Shown here in pieces: positions 9,987 through 20,742 of a DNA stretch of 64,000 bases (the stretch's first letter is position 1; each line of letters opens with the position of its first letter). The DNA lies in assembly GCA_963667845.2 (NCBI GenBank), contig CAXXVL010000002.1:960001-1024000 (forward strand). Direction: 5' to 3'. The DNA is from Smithellaceae bacterium. GTDB lineage: Bacteria > Desulfobacterota > Syntrophia > Syntrophales > Smithellaceae. The notes beneath the pieces are model-generated. The model did not search any database. It saw only the letters and a program-made list of their open reading frames with translations, and had not been told where the DNA came from. A program made the translations under genes and the position numbers.

Positions 9987-10981
9987 AAGCAGGAACTAAC
10001 ATCGGCATCTCCCTGATCCTGGTTATCGTCGTGATGGCGCTGCCTGCGGTTCTGTATGCCGCCGGCTGGACCGGCCTTCTGGCCTACATTGTGCCCGGCA
10101 TCGCTCTTGCCATTTTTTTAATCGGCTGCATCCGGCGTATTTTGTTGTGGGGCAAATCGCCGGTTCCTTTCCGCATCCCCACAACGAGCGGCCAGGAAAA
10201 ATCGCTGCCCTGGATCAAGCGAAGCCCCTTGGAAAACCCGGCTGGTATCCCCGGTGTCATCGGCCGGATGGCCTTGGAAATTTTGCTCTTCCGGTCACTT
10301 TTTCGCAATTGCGACATGGAGATCGTTGATGGAAGGCCGGTTTACGGCAGCGCCAATTGGCTGTGGTTTTTCGGCCTGCTCTTCCACGGTTCGCTGCTTG
10401 TGATCATCCTGCGCCATCTGCGCTTCTTTACCGAACCCATCCTTCCCGGCATTGCCATCCTTTCGGCCGTGGACGGCTTTCTGGAGTTGGCCATCCCGAC
10501 CCTGTATCTGAGCGACATGACGCTCCTTGCGGCCGCCGTTTTCCTGCTCGTCAGAAGGATGGTCAGTGCTCCGCTTCGCTACATCTCGCAGGTCTCGGAT
10601 TACTTTGCCCTGCTGCTGATCCTGGCCATTGCCGCGTCGGGCCTCTGGATGCGTCACATCCAGCCCACGGATCTGGAGCAGGTCAAAGCACTGGTCATGG
10701 GATGGGTAAGCCTCTCCCCTGTTTCACCTGAAGGCCTGAGCATCGTCTTTTTTATTCATTTATTTTTAATCTGCGTTCTTCTGGCCTGGTTTCCCGCAAG
10801 CAAGCTCATGCATGCAGGCGGCGTCTTTCTCAGCCCGACGCGCAATCAACCCAACGACAGCCGCAATCAAAGACATATCAATCCATGGAATGGGCCCGTA
10901 TCGGTCCATACCTATGAAGAATACGAAAACGAGTTTCGCGATAAGATGAAGGCCGCGGGATTGCCCGTGGAAAAGGAGTAA
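9977..10981 (+). CDS. dsrM: DsrM cytochrome b subunit
   Basis: PVPFRIPTTSGQEKSLPWIK, FH...LRHLRFF, FPASKLMHAGGVFLSPTRN, RHINPWN. Start placed at ATG 9977. Confidence 0.93.
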   Translation: MALKAGTNIGISLILVIVVMALPAVLYAAGWTGLLAYIVPGIALAIFLIGCIRRILLWGKSPVPFRIPTTSGQEKSLPWIKRSPLENPAGIPGVIGRMALEILLFRSLFRNCDMEIVDGRPVYGSANWLWFFGLLFHGSLLVIILRHLRFFTEPILPGIAILSAVDGFLELAIPTLYLSDMTLLAAAVFLLVRRMVSAPLRYISQVSDYFALLLILAIAASGLWMRHIQPTDLEQVKALVMGWVSLSPVSPEGLSIVFFIHLFLICVLLAWFPASKLMHAGGVFLSPTRNQPNDSRNQRHINPWNGPVSVHTYEEYENEFRDKMKAAGLPVEKE

Positions 10982-10983
10982 CC

Positions 10984-12591
10984 GTGGCGCACTTGAAGAT
11001 TCCCAAACCGGATGAACTCATCAAAATCAACTTTGTGCCGCCCCGGACCTCATGGATGGATACCCCGGTCGATTTCCGGCCGGGAACCTGGAGCTACAGC
11101 GGGGGCGCAAAAAGCCTGACGCTTCTGGATCTCCCGAATCCACGCGCGTGGCAGCCGGCCGACGGCGACTGGAAACTGCCCGCTAACTGGAAAGAGATCA
11201 TCATCGAAGGTATGCGGGAGCGCCTGGAAAAATACCGTTCCTTCCGCCTCTTCATGGACATCTGCGTCCGGTGCGGCGCCTGTGCAGACAAATGCCATTT
11301 TTACATGGGTTCGGGTGATCCTAAAAACATGCCGGTCCTGCGGGCCGAACTCCTGCGTTCCGTTTACCGCCGCTACTTTACGACGGCCGGAAAACTTTTC
11401 GGCAGACTGGCCGGCGCCCGCGATCTGACCGAGGATGTCCTCAAGGAGTGGTTCTATTACTTCTACCAGTGTACCGAGTGCCGCCGCTGTTCCGTCTTCT
11501 GTCCCTACGGCATCGATCAGGCGGAAATCACGATGATGGGCCGGGAACTCTTGAACCTCGTGGGCTGTAATATCAACTGGGTCATCGAGCCTGCGGCCAA
11601 CTGCTTCCGCACCGGCAATCACCTGGGCATCCAGCCGGGCGGCATTAAGGATATGTTGGAGTTCATGGCCGATGATATCTTCGACCGCACGGGAGTCCGC
11701 GTCGATGTTCCACTGAATAAAAAAGGCGCCGATATTCTCTTTATCACGCCATCGGGTGATTTCTTCGCCGACCCGGGGACATATACGTGCATGGGTTACA
11801 TGATGCTCTTCCATGAGATCGGCCTCAATTATACCTTCAGCACTTACGCCTCCGAAGGCGGTAATTTCGGCCTGTTCACCTCCGCGGAAATGGTGAAAAG
11901 GCTCAATGCCAAAATGTATGCCGAAGCCAGGCGCCTGGGCGTCAAATGGATCCTGGGCGGCGAATGCGGACACATGTGGCGGGTGATCCATCAGTATATG
12001 GATACCATGAACGGCCCCGCGGATTTTCTCGAAGAACCCGTCTCTCCCATCACCGGCACTCGTTTTGAAAACGCGAAATCGACCAGAATGGTCCACATTG
12101 CCGAGTTCACTGCTGATCTGATCAAGCACGGGAAGCTGCGTCTCGACCCGGGCCGCAATGATCATCTTCGAGTGACGTACCATGATTCCTGCAATCCGGC
12201 GCGCGCCATGGGACTTCTGGAAGAACCACGGTACATCATCAAACAATCATGCAACCATTTTTATGAAATGGCGGAAGACACCATTCGGGAAAAGACTCTT
12301 TGCTGCGGTTCCGGGGCGGGTCTGGGAAATGAAGAAAATCTGGAGATGCGCATGCGCGGCGGAATGCCGCGGGCCATGGCCGTGAAGGCCGTCGCAGAGA
12401 AATACGGAGTCAACCGCCTGGCCTGCATGTGCGCCATCGACCGGGCCACTCTCACCACGCTCATGGATTACTGGGTGCCAGGCGTGGGCGTTATGGGCGT
12501 TCATGAGCTTCTGGGCAATGCCCTGGTGATGAAGGGTGAAAAAGAAAGAACCGTCGATCTGCGCGGGGATGAGATGGTGGATAGTGGATAG
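10984..12591 (+). CDS. dsrK: DsrK catalytic subunit
   Basis: CVRCGACADKCH, CTECRRCSVFCPYGID, GGECGHMWR, YHDSCN, CCGSG. Confidence 0.95.
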   Translation: MAHLKIPKPDELIKINFVPPRTSWMDTPVDFRPGTWSYSGGAKSLTLLDLPNPRAWQPADGDWKLPANWKEIIIEGMRERLEKYRSFRLFMDICVRCGACADKCHFYMGSGDPKNMPVLRAELLRSVYRRYFTTAGKLFGRLAGARDLTEDVLKEWFYYFYQCTECRRCSVFCPYGIDQAEITMMGRELLNLVGCNINWVIEPAANCFRTGNHLGIQPGGIKDMLEFMADDIFDRTGVRVDVPLNKKGADILFITPSGDFFADPGTYTCMGYMMLFHEIGLNYTFSTYASEGGNFGLFTSAEMVKRLNAKMYAEARRLGVKWILGGECGHMWRVIHQYMDTMNGPADFLEEPVSPITGTRFENAKSTRMVHIAEFTADLIKHGKLRLDPGRNDHLRVTYHDSCNPARAMGLLEEPRYIIKQSCNHFYEMAEDTIREKTLCCGSGAGLGNEENLEMRMRGGMPRAMAVKAVAEKYGVNRLACMCAIDRATLTTLMDYWVPGVGVMGVHELLGNALVMKGEKERTVDLRGDEMVDSG

Positions 12592-12672
12592 TGAATAATG
12601 AATAATGAATGGATCCGTAGGGTATGGCTTGTGACCTTCAGGTTATCGCGACCTTTCCCTACACAGTGGATA
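12577..12672. repeat. Heptamer tandem repeat plus GTAG-type REP-like palindrome
   Basis: GTGGATA GTGGATA GTGAATA ATGAATA ATGAATG (12577-12611), then GTAGGG...CCCTAC (12617-12662), then another GTGGATA. Confidence 0.7.
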
Positions 12673-12680
12673 TTGAGAAT

Positions 12681-13082
12681 ATGAAGAAGAATAAATGGGG
12701 TTTAATCATATTAGGACTCGTAATCTTTCTTGTCGGGATCACTTTCCCCTTTTGGTACGGCAAAGGGAAAATATCCCGTCCGCCCGTATTGAGTCTTGAT
12801 ACTCCTGCTATTGCGGCGCTTTCGGAAAAGCGCTGTATCGAAGACAAGGCCTTCATGAGGACCAATCATATGAAGCTTCTGGGCGAATGGAGAGATCAGG
12901 CAGTCCGGGAGGGTAACCATCGCTACGTCGCTAAAAACGGAAAGACCTATGAGATCGGGCTCACGGGCACCTGCCTTATGTGCCATAGCAACAAAGAACA
13001 GTTTTGCGACCGGTGTCACAACTATGTGGGCGCGAAGCCCGCATGCTTTGGCTGCCACGTCGTTCCCGAAGAGGTGAAATAA
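12681..13082 (+). CDS. dsrJ: DsrJ triheme cytochrome c
   Basis: N-terminal TM ending TFPFWY, MRTNHMKLL, three CxxCH motifs (CLMCH, CDRCH, CFGCH). Confidence 0.95.
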   Translation: MKKNKWGLIILGLVIFLVGITFPFWYGKGKISRPPVLSLDTPAIAALSEKRCIEDKAFMRTNHMKLLGEWRDQAVREGNHRYVAKNGKTYEIGLTGTCLMCHSNKEQFCDRCHNYVGAKPACFGCHVVPEEVK

Positions 13083-13873
13083 TGGAATCGAGTCGCAGGG
13101 ATTTTTTAAAAACAGCAGGTGCATCCGCCCTGGCTTTGGTCCTGCCCCAGGCCCTGATTCTGCCCCAGGCGCTGGCCGCAGGCCCTGAAGCGGGACGAAA
13201 ATTGGCACCGCTCACGGGAACCGGGCCTGCGCTTGCCGCCAAGCGCTGGGCGATGGCTGTCGATGGAAGCAGATGCCCGGCCTCGTGCACCGATTGCATC
13301 GATGCCTGCCATACGGTTCACAACGTTCCCGATTTCGGCAATCCCAAAGATGAAATCAAATGGATCTGGCACGAGGAGTTCCCCCGCATTTTTCCCGAGG
13401 AGAATCATTCCTATCTGCCCCCCAAAGCCCGCTCCATGAGACCGCTCGTTTTGTGCAATCACTGCACCAATCCGCCCTGCGTCCGCGTCTGTCCCACTAA
13501 GGCGACTTTCCGCAGGGAAGACGGCATTGTCATGATGGATTACCATCGCTGCATCGGCTGCCGCTTTTGTATGGCCGGCTGTCCCTACGGAGCCCGGAGC
13601 ATGAATTATCGCGACCCCCGGCCGAAGATCAAAAAGATCACACCCGATTTTCCCACACGCACCAGAGGTGTTGTGGAGAAATGCAACTTCTGCGAGGAGC
13701 GGCTGGCCAAAGGCATACTGCCTGCCTGCGTTCTGGCTTGTAAAGAGAAGGCTCTGATTTTCGGCGATCTGGAAAATCCGCAATCGGAAATACGGACCTT
13801 CATCCAAAACCGTTTCACCCTGCGCAGAGGACCCATCCTCGGGACCGAACCCCAGATCTATTATAGTTTATGA
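13082..13873 (+). CDS. dsrO: DsrO periplasmic Fe-S protein
   Basis: Tat signal SRRDFLK; CNHCTNPPCVRVCP, CIGCRFCMAGCPY, KCNFC. Confidence 0.93.
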   Translation: MESSRRDFLKTAGASALALVLPQALILPQALAAGPEAGRKLAPLTGTGPALAAKRWAMAVDGSRCPASCTDCIDACHTVHNVPDFGNPKDEIKWIWHEEFPRIFPEENHSYLPPKARSMRPLVLCNHCTNPPCVRVCPTKATFRREDGIVMMDYHRCIGCRFCMAGCPYGARSMNYRDPRPKIKKITPDFPTRTRGVVEKCNFCEERLAKGILPACVLACKEKALIFGDLENPQSEIRTFIQNRFTLRRGPILGTEPQIYYSL

Positions 13874-13880
13874 GGCTTGT

Positions 13881-15083
13881 ATGCTGGAAAAAGCGCTGAG
13901 AGGAAAATGGCCATACTGGATTTGGATCCTGTTTTTGCTGGCTGTCATTGGCACTGGCTTCTTATGCTACCTGGTCCAGTTGGATCAAGGCCTGGGAATT
14001 ACGGGTATGAGCCGCAACGTCAGCTGGGGGCTTTATATCGCTCAGTTTACGTTTCTGGTCGGCATTGCCGCCTCGGCCGTTATGGTCGTCCTGCCTTATT
14101 ATCTGCATGACTACAAAGCCTTCGGACGGATCACCGTGCTGGGCGAATTCCTGGCTGTATCCGCCGTCATCATGTGCGTGGCCTTCGTTTTTGCCGATCT
14201 GGGCCGGCCGGAACGGGTGATGAACGTCATCCTTCATCCCTCGCCAACTTCCATTCTATTCTGGGACATGATTGTTCTGTCCGGTTATCTGCTGATCAAT
14301 CTCATCACCGGCTGGGCGGTTCTTGCCGCCAATGGCAAGGGGATCGCGCCGCCTGCCTGGGTCAAGCCCCTGATCATCGTGTCCATTCCCTGGGCGATCA
14401 GCATCCACACCGTCACTGCTTTTATCTACGCCGGCCTTCCCGGACGCAGCTTCTGGCTCACGGCGATTATGGCCCCCCGGTTTCTGGCCTCCGCTTTTGC
14501 GTCGGGTCCGGCCCTGCTGATTATCTTTTGCCTGATCCTGAAGCATACCGGCTCATTTGATGCGGGCGCCAAGGCCATTCGGACGCTTTCCCGGATCGTC
14601 GCCTATGCCTTGGCGGCGAGCATCTTTTTTGTCGCCGTAGAACTCTTCACTGCCTTCTACAGCGGAATTCCGGAGCACGGCCTGCCTTTCCGCTATCTGT
14701 TTACGGGACTGGAAGGCCATACAAACCTCGTCGCATGGATGTGGACGTCGGTGCTGCTGGCTTTTTCGGCCCTGGTCGTATTGCTTCTCCCGCACACGAC
14801 GAAAAGGGACTGGCTTTTGGCTCTGGCCTGCGCTGCCGTTTTTGTCTCGCTATGGATCGAGAAAGGACTGGGTCTTGTCGTGACTGGCTTTATCCCGTCG
14901 CCGCTTGCGCATATAACCGAATACACGCCGACAGCCTTGGAGATCGGCATCACGCTGGGCGTCTGGGCCGGGGGATTCTTGATCCTGACGATCCTTTACC
15001 GGATTTTCATTGCCGTTCGCAGCACTTCGGGCGAGAACATGATTTCTCCCGCCGTTGAGAAAGAAGCGGGGCACGGTTTGTGA
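13881..15083 (+). CDS. dsrP: DsrP (NrfD family) membrane protein
   Basis: TGMSRNVSWGLYI, DLGRPER, SIPWAISIHTVTAF. Confidence 0.93.
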   Translation: MLEKALRGKWPYWIWILFLLAVIGTGFLCYLVQLDQGLGITGMSRNVSWGLYIAQFTFLVGIAASAVMVVLPYYLHDYKAFGRITVLGEFLAVSAVIMCVAFVFADLGRPERVMNVILHPSPTSILFWDMIVLSGYLLINLITGWAVLAANGKGIAPPAWVKPLIIVSIPWAISIHTVTAFIYAGLPGRSFWLTAIMAPRFLASAFASGPALLIIFCLILKHTGSFDAGAKAIRTLSRIVAYALAASIFFVAVELFTAFYSGIPEHGLPFRYLFTGLEGHTNLVAWMWTSVLLAFSALVVLLLPHTTKRDWLLALACAAVFVSLWIEKGLGLVVTGFIPSPLAHITEYTPTALEIGITLGVWAGGFLILTILYRIFIAVRSTSGENMISPAVEKEAGHGL

Positions 15084-16279
15084 AAATTCTGGTCCTTAAT
15101 TGCGGCAGTTCCTCTTTAAAGTATCAGCTTTTCGATATGCCGGCAGGCGCTGTCCTGGCGGGTGGTCAGGCAGACCGCATCGGCCAGACCGAAGCTTTGT
15201 TTCGCCATGACGTAAAAGAGCGAGAGACTTTTCTGGATAAAACGCTGCTAAGCAATCATAACGAGGCCGTGCAGGCCCTGTTGACATTTCTGGTGGACGA
15301 CCGGCGGGGAATTCTGGCGGATATGAGCGAGATCGGCGGCGTTGGGCATCGGGTGGTTCACGGTGGCGAACATTTCCGAACGTCCGTCGTCGTTGATGCC
15401 GCGACGCGGCAGATCCTCGAGTCAACCAAAAAGCTCGCGCCGCTGCACAACCCGCCGAACCTCATGGGCGTGGATGTCTGCACCGCGCTGATGCCCGGCG
15501 TGCCGCAGGTGGCCGTTTTCGATACGGCCTTTCACCAGACCATGCCCGCGCATGCCTTCACGTACGCCATCCCTTACCGGTATTACACAGAAGACCATGT
15601 CCGCCGCTATGGCTTCCATGGCACATCGCACCGGTATGTCGCCCGCCGCACGGCAGCGCTCCTGCGAGAGACAACAGCAACACCGAAAATCATTACCTGT
15701 CATCTCGGCGCCGGCTCCAGCCTCTGCGCTGTGGCCGGGGATAAATCGATGGATACTTCCATGGGCTTCACTCCGCTGTCCGGCCTGGTCATGGGCACGC
15801 GCTCGGGCGATATCGATCCGGCGATCGTCTCCTTCATCATGGAAAAGGAAGGCTGCTCTATGGCCGGCGTTATGGAAATCCTCAACCGGCAAAGCGGTGT
15901 GCTGGGAATTTCCGGTGTGTCCCCCGACTTCCGCGACCTGGAAAAAGCAGCCGCGGAGGGTCATGAGCGCGCGCGCCTGGCGCTGGCCGTTTTCGCCTAC
16001 AGCGTGGCCCGGGGTGTGGGCTCGCTGATTCCGGCGATCGACGGATTGGACGCCCTGGCCTTCACGGCGGGGATCGGTGAGCATTCGCCGCAAATGCGGC
16101 GGCGGATCTCAGGCTTCTTGTCCTGGCTGGGCATTGTCCTGGATGAAGATAAAAATAGCGACGGCGACGACGAAAGGGTCATCTCCGCGCGGGAATCAAA
16201 AATCAACGTTTTAGTTGTATCGACGGATGAAGAAAAAATGATCGCCGAGGAGTCCTGGGCGGTTTTACGGAAACAATGA
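15080..16279 (+). CDS. ackA: Acetate kinase
   Basis: [49 protein letters not shown] start overlaps the dsrP stop (GTGA). Confidence 0.95.
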   Translation: MKILVLNCGSSSLKYQLFDMPAGAVLAGGQADRIGQTEALFRHDVKERETFLDKTLLSNHNEAVQALLTFLVDDRRGILADMSEIGGVGHRVVHGGEHFRTSVVVDAATRQILESTKKLAPLHNPPNLMGVDVCTALMPGVPQVAVFDTAFHQTMPAHAFTYAIPYRYYTEDHVRRYGFHGTSHRYVARRTAALLRETTATPKIITCHLGAGSSLCAVAGDKSMDTSMGFTPLSGLVMGTRSGDIDPAIVSFIMEKEGCSMAGVMEILNRQSGVLGISGVSPDFRDLEKAAAEGHERARLALAVFAYSVARGVGSLIPAIDGLDALAFTAGIGEHSPQMRRRISGFLSWLGIVLDEDKNSDGDDERVISARESKINVLVVSTDEEKMIAEESWAVLRKQ

Positions 16280-16344
16280 AACGGGTCGAGAGCGACCACG
16301 TTTTTCAACCATTCAACAATGAATCGATATTGGAGGTAATCAAA

Positions 16345-18108
16345 ATGAAAAAAGTTAAAATGACACCCAGCGAAGCTATCGTTGAAACGCTGCTTGCAGA
16401 AGGCGTGGACCATGTTTGCGGCATCGTCGGATCTGCATTTATGGACATGCTGGACTTGTTCCCGACGGCCGGGATCAAATTCATCCCCGTTCGTCATGAA
16501 CAGAGCGCCGCCCATATGGAAGACGCTTACAGCCGCATCTCGGGGCGTTGCGGTGTCGTCACGGGCCAGAACGGCCCCGGTATTACGAACATGGTCACAT
16601 CGGTTGCCGCGGCCAACATGGGCCATACACCTTTGGTGATTATTTCACCCTCGGCGGGAACACCCACGATCGGCTGGGACGGTTTCCAGGAGTGCGACCA
16701 GATGTCCGTCTTCCGATCCGTCACGAAAGCCATTGTCCGCGTCCCCCATCCCAAACGGGCAGCCGATTGCCTGCGCACGGCCTTCCGTATCGCCTATGCG
16801 GACCGGGGCGCCGTCTTGTATGATATTCCCCGCGACTACTTCTACGGTGAGCTGGAGGAGAAAATCCTGAAACCATCCCAGTACCGGGTTGACGCCCGGG
16901 GCTGCGGATCCATGGAACAACTGGACCGGGCGGCTGAGCTGCTCGCCTCTGCCAAAAATCCCGTTATCGTCTCCGGCCGCGGTGTCGTGGATGCCGACGC
17001 GCTCGATATCGTCAAGGCCATCGCCGAACACCTGACAGCGCCCGTTGCCGTGACCTATCTCCACAATGATGCCTTCTACGGAAACCATCCGCTTTCTGTC
17101 GGCCCGATCGGCTATATGGGCTCGAAAGCAGCCATGAAGACGCTGGCCAAGGCCGACGTCATGCTGGCCATTGGGACGCGGCTCTCTGTTTTCGGGACGC
17201 TGCCCCAGTACGACATCAATTACTTTCCGGAGAATGCGAAGATCATCCAGATTGACATCAATCCCAAGCACATCGCCCGGACCCACCCCATCGAGGTGGG
17301 CATCATCGGCGACGCGAAAGAGGCCACGGTGGAAATCCTGAAACGCCTCAAGGCCGCGGACGGGAAACGAAAACCGGATGAGAAACGTCTCGCTGCGGTA
17401 GCGAAAGAAAAGAAAATCTGGGAAAAAGAAATTGTCGGTCTGGCCATGGTGGACGGCAATCCTATCAACCCCCGCCGGGTCCTGCTGGAAATCTCCAGGG
17501 CTCTTCCGGATGATGCCATTGTCACAACGGATATCGGAAACGTTGCCTCCACGGCCAACAGCTATCTCAAGTTCAACCAGTCCCGCCGTCATATCGCCGC
17601 GCTCACCTTCGGCAACACGGGTTTTGCCTACCCCGCGGCCCTCGGGGCGCAGCTCGCCAAGCCCAAAGCACCGGTCATTGCCATCATCGGCGACGGGGCA
17701 TGGGGGATGAGTCTCCACGAAGTCAGTACCGCCGTGGAGCACAACCTGCCCGTCATCGCCTGCGTCTTCCGGAATATGTGGTGGGGCGCCGAAGCCAAAA
17801 ACCAGGTGGACTTCTACAACAACCGTTTTGTCGGTGTTGACATTCCCAATCCGGAGAGCTTCGTCCCTGTCGCGAAGGCGATGGGCGCCAATGGGATGCA
17901 GGTCAGCAAACCGGAGGATATCCGGAAGGCCTTTGAAACCTGCCTGAAAAGCCGCAAGCCTACGGTCCTGGAATTTTTAGTAGACGGCAAGCAGCTCGCG
18001 CCGCCTTTCCGGAAAGATGCCCTGGCTTTGCCGACACGCTTTCTGCCCAAGTACGCTCATCTGGATCATCGCAACTGGTATGATGAAGGAGGAGCAGATG
18101 ATTTATAA
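16345..18108 (+). CDS. xsc: Sulfoacetaldehyde acetyltransferase (ThDP)
   Basis: MTPSEA...[19 protein letters not shown]...HEQ...GQNGPGITN...[22 protein letters not shown]...[19 protein letters not shown]. As recalled, this resembles the anaerobic (Desulfonispora-type) Xsc. GGAGGT RBS before ATG 16345. Confidence 0.9.
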   Translation: MKKVKMTPSEAIVETLLAEGVDHVCGIVGSAFMDMLDLFPTAGIKFIPVRHEQSAAHMEDAYSRISGRCGVVTGQNGPGITNMVTSVAAANMGHTPLVIISPSAGTPTIGWDGFQECDQMSVFRSVTKAIVRVPHPKRAADCLRTAFRIAYADRGAVLYDIPRDYFYGELEEKILKPSQYRVDARGCGSMEQLDRAAELLASAKNPVIVSGRGVVDADALDIVKAIAEHLTAPVAVTYLHNDAFYGNHPLSVGPIGYMGSKAAMKTLAKADVMLAIGTRLSVFGTLPQYDINYFPENAKIIQIDINPKHIARTHPIEVGIIGDAKEATVEILKRLKAADGKRKPDEKRLAAVAKEKKIWEKEIVGLAMVDGNPINPRRVLLEISRALPDDAIVTTDIGNVASTANSYLKFNQSRRHIAALTFGNTGFAYPAALGAQLAKPKAPVIAIIGDGAWGMSLHEVSTAVEHNLPVIACVFRNMWWGAEAKNQVDFYNNRFVGVDIPNPESFVPVAKAMGANGMQVSKPEDIRKAFETCLKSRKPTVLEFLVDGKQLAPPFRKDALALPTRFLPKYAHLDHRNWYDEGGADDL

Positions 18109-18937
18109 TGATTTGAAAGAAAAGACGGCCATCGTTACGGGAGCCGGCAAGAAGACGGGCATTGGCTATGCGATTGCCGAAAAGCTGGCCGCCTGCGGAT
18201 GTAATGTCATTATCGCCGATCTGGGGAAACCTCCGGTGCCGGGAGAATCGCTCAGGTCCGCGACGAGCGACGAGATGACGGCTATCGCCACCGAGCTGGC
18301 CAAAACGTACGGCGTGAAAACGTTGGCCGTATCCGTTGACGTGACGGATAACCAGGCTATCGGTGCCATGGTGGATGAGATCAAGGGCAGCTTCGACCAT
18401 ATAGACATCCTCTGCAACAACGCGGGGGCGTCTTTCGGCGTGCCCAATACTGTGCTGGGTTACGACGAAGCGGCCTGGATCAGAACAATCGACGTAAATT
18501 TATTTTCCGTCTTCCGCATCTCGCGTGCCGTCGCCCCGCTCATGGCGGGCAAACCCGCAGCAATTATCAATACGGCTTCGCGGGCCGGCAAGGTGCCCCC
18601 GATTTTTAACAGCGCGTACGCTGTAGCCAAAGCCGGCGTCATTATGCTGACCAAGACCATGGCCAAGGAGCTGGGTGGAAACGGTATCCGGGTCAACGCT
18701 ATCTGTCCGGGGCAAATCGCCACGGATCTGGAGAAGTGGCGCTTCGGACTGGAGGCGTCGTTTTTCGGCACGACGATTGAAGAACGGGAAAAGGAAATGT
18801 GCAAAACGATTCCGCTGGGCTACATCGGACCGCCTCGTGAAGTAGCCGATCTGGTGGCCTACCTCGCCTCGGAGGCCTCACGGTATATCACCGGACAGGC
18901 CATCAACGTCGATGGCGGACAGTGCATGGAATTATAA
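18098..18937 (+). CDS. Short-chain dehydrogenase/reductase, probably NAD-preferring
   Basis: [10 protein letters not shown], Asp after beta-2 (IADL), NNAG, YAVAK, NAICPG; overlaps the xsc stop. Confidence 0.9.
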   Translation: MIYNDLKEKTAIVTGAGKKTGIGYAIAEKLAACGCNVIIADLGKPPVPGESLRSATSDEMTAIATELAKTYGVKTLAVSVDVTDNQAIGAMVDEIKGSFDHIDILCNNAGASFGVPNTVLGYDEAAWIRTIDVNLFSVFRISRAVAPLMAGKPAAIINTASRAGKVPPIFNSAYAVAKAGVIMLTKTMAKELGGNGIRVNAICPGQIATDLEKWRFGLEASFFGTTIEEREKEMCKTIPLGYIGPPREVADLVAYLASEASRYITGQAINVDGGQCMEL

Positions 18938-18971
18938 AAACAATTTACCAGCTTTTAGGAGGAGATATATT

Positions 18972-20669
18972 ATGGACAATGTTATTGGCGGCAAACTCGT
19001 CGCGGATGCCCTGGTCGACCGGGGCGTGGATTACGTGTTTTCATTAAGTGGCGGGCACATTACGCCGATTTACCAGTATCTGGAGAATACGAGCGTCACT
19101 CTTTTTGACGTTCGCCATGAACAGGCGGCCGTCTTTATGGCCGAGGCCCAGGCCCGGATGAACCGAAAGCCTGCGGTGGCGATGGTTACGGCCGGCCCCG
19201 GATTCACCAATGCCTTGACCGGCATTGCCAGCGCGAGACTCTCCAACGCGCCGGTCATTTTAATTGCCGGCTGTGTGGGGACCGAAGCCACGGAAAAACT
19301 GGACCTGCAGGATATGACACAGCTGCCGGTCATCGAGCCGATGGTAAAGAAAGCCTTCGTCTGTCATGTTCCGGAACGCATCCCGGAATATATCGACATG
19401 GCCTTTCGCGCGGCCATGAGTGGCCGGCCGGGACCCGTTTACCTGGAATTTCCCTGCAACATCCTGAATGCCAAGGTGGACATGACGGCCGTCAAGAAGC
19501 CCAGCACAACGCTCGCCTCAAAGCCCGTCGACCGCGAGAACACCCTGAAGGTTGTCGAGTTGCTCAAGGCGGCCAAGAACCCGATCGTGATCGGCGGCAG
19601 CGGCCTGTGGTATTCGGATGCAGAGAAAGAGATCATCGAATTCGTGGAGAAGATCGGTATCCCGATTTATACGGCGGGCGCCGGCCGTGGCGTCATTCCC
19701 GATACGCATCCCCTTTGCTTTGAAGGCTCTCTGGCCATCCGTCCGGGCTCCGCGATGATTACGCTCATGACCACCGACCTTGTGCTCTTCCTGGGCGGGC
19801 GGTTAAGCCTCTTCTATATCTTTGGAGAAATTTTTCCGCAGACCGCGAAATTCATTCAGGTCGACATTGCCCCCGATGAAATCGGGCGTAACCGCACGAT
19901 TGATCTCGGTATCGTGAGCGACATCAAGTCGTTTCTCAAGGAGCTCAATTCCGACCTGGATGAACAAAAAATCGCCGACACGTTAAAGAAGCAATATCAG
20001 CCCTGGCTGGCTACCGTTCGTGCCGCGCATGATGCCGGCAAGAAGGAAGCGAAAGTCATGTGGGAATGCAAGACCCTGCCCATGCATCCCATGCGTCTGG
20101 CCAACGAAATCAATAAATTCATGGATCGGGAAGATGACATCGTCGTTGCCGACGGCGGCGACACATCCACCTGGATGGGCATGACGAGGACCGTCGTCAA
20201 AGGCGGGACGTATCTGGATTACGGACTTTACGGCTGTTTGGCCGTCGGCATCCCTTACGCCAATGCGGCCAAGCTCAAACATCCGGACAAGCGCGTTCTA
20301 CTCGTAATGGGCGACGGATCCGCGGGCTTTAACTTCATGGAGTTTCACACGGCCATCCGCAAGAAGCTGCCCATCGTGGTCGTCATCGCCAATGATGCGT
20401 CATGGGGAATGATCATGCACAGCCAGCAGTTGCGCCTGGGCCACAATATTCCCAACGGCACCGAGCTGGGCTGGGTGGATTACCACAAGATGGTGGAGGT
20501 CCTGGGCGGCTTCGGCGCCTGCGTTGAAAAACCGGAAGATATTCGGCCCGCGCTCGAAGCGGCGTTTGCCTCCGGAAAGACAGCCTGTATTAATGTCAAG
20601 GTCGATCCTTCAGTGATCAGCCCCGGCAGTGTCGCCCTGGCCAACCTTGGAGGATATAAATGTAATTGA
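18972..20669 (+). CDS. ThDP-dependent enzyme, 2-hydroxyacyl-CoA lyase / benzaldehyde lyase / ALS-like family
   Basis: GGKLVADAL...LSGGHI...RHEQAA...TAGPGFTN, ThDP motif GDGSAG...NDASWG; AGGAG RBS. Confidence 0.85.
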   Translation: MDNVIGGKLVADALVDRGVDYVFSLSGGHITPIYQYLENTSVTLFDVRHEQAAVFMAEAQARMNRKPAVAMVTAGPGFTNALTGIASARLSNAPVILIAGCVGTEATEKLDLQDMTQLPVIEPMVKKAFVCHVPERIPEYIDMAFRAAMSGRPGPVYLEFPCNILNAKVDMTAVKKPSTTLASKPVDRENTLKVVELLKAAKNPIVIGGSGLWYSDAEKEIIEFVEKIGIPIYTAGAGRGVIPDTHPLCFEGSLAIRPGSAMITLMTTDLVLFLGGRLSLFYIFGEIFPQTAKFIQVDIAPDEIGRNRTIDLGIVSDIKSFLKELNSDLDEQKIADTLKKQYQPWLATVRAAHDAGKKEAKVMWECKTLPMHPMRLANEINKFMDREDDIVVADGGDTSTWMGMTRTVVKGGTYLDYGLYGCLAVGIPYANAAKLKHPDKRVLLVMGDGSAGFNFMEFHTAIRKKLPIVVVIANDASWGMIMHSQQLRLGHNIPNGTELGWVDYHKMVEVLGGFGACVEKPEDIRPALEAAFASGKTACINVKVDPSVISPGSVALANLGGYKCN

Positions 20670-20742
20670 AAAGCAATTTTCTGTCGCCGCTTTAAGGAAC
20701 GGTCCCCAAAGTTGAACTTTTCAAACGAGACAAGGAGTTCCT

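Noticed and set aside
11050..12246. Long antisense ORFs (also 1337-2317, 16645-17742, 57778-58986)
   Set aside because: They mirror well-supported genes on the opposite strand, as expected from GC-rich codon bias.
2984..15083. Oxidative (reverse) Dsr or complete sulfate reduction
   Set aside because: dsrD is present, dsrEFH and dsrL are absent, and there is no sat/apr/qmo in the window. Sulfate reduction cannot be excluded genome-wide.
16345..20669. Two acetolactate synthase (ilvB) genes
   Set aside because: No ilvN/ilvC context; the first carries Xsc-type motifs and the second an HACL/BAL-like GGH N-terminus.
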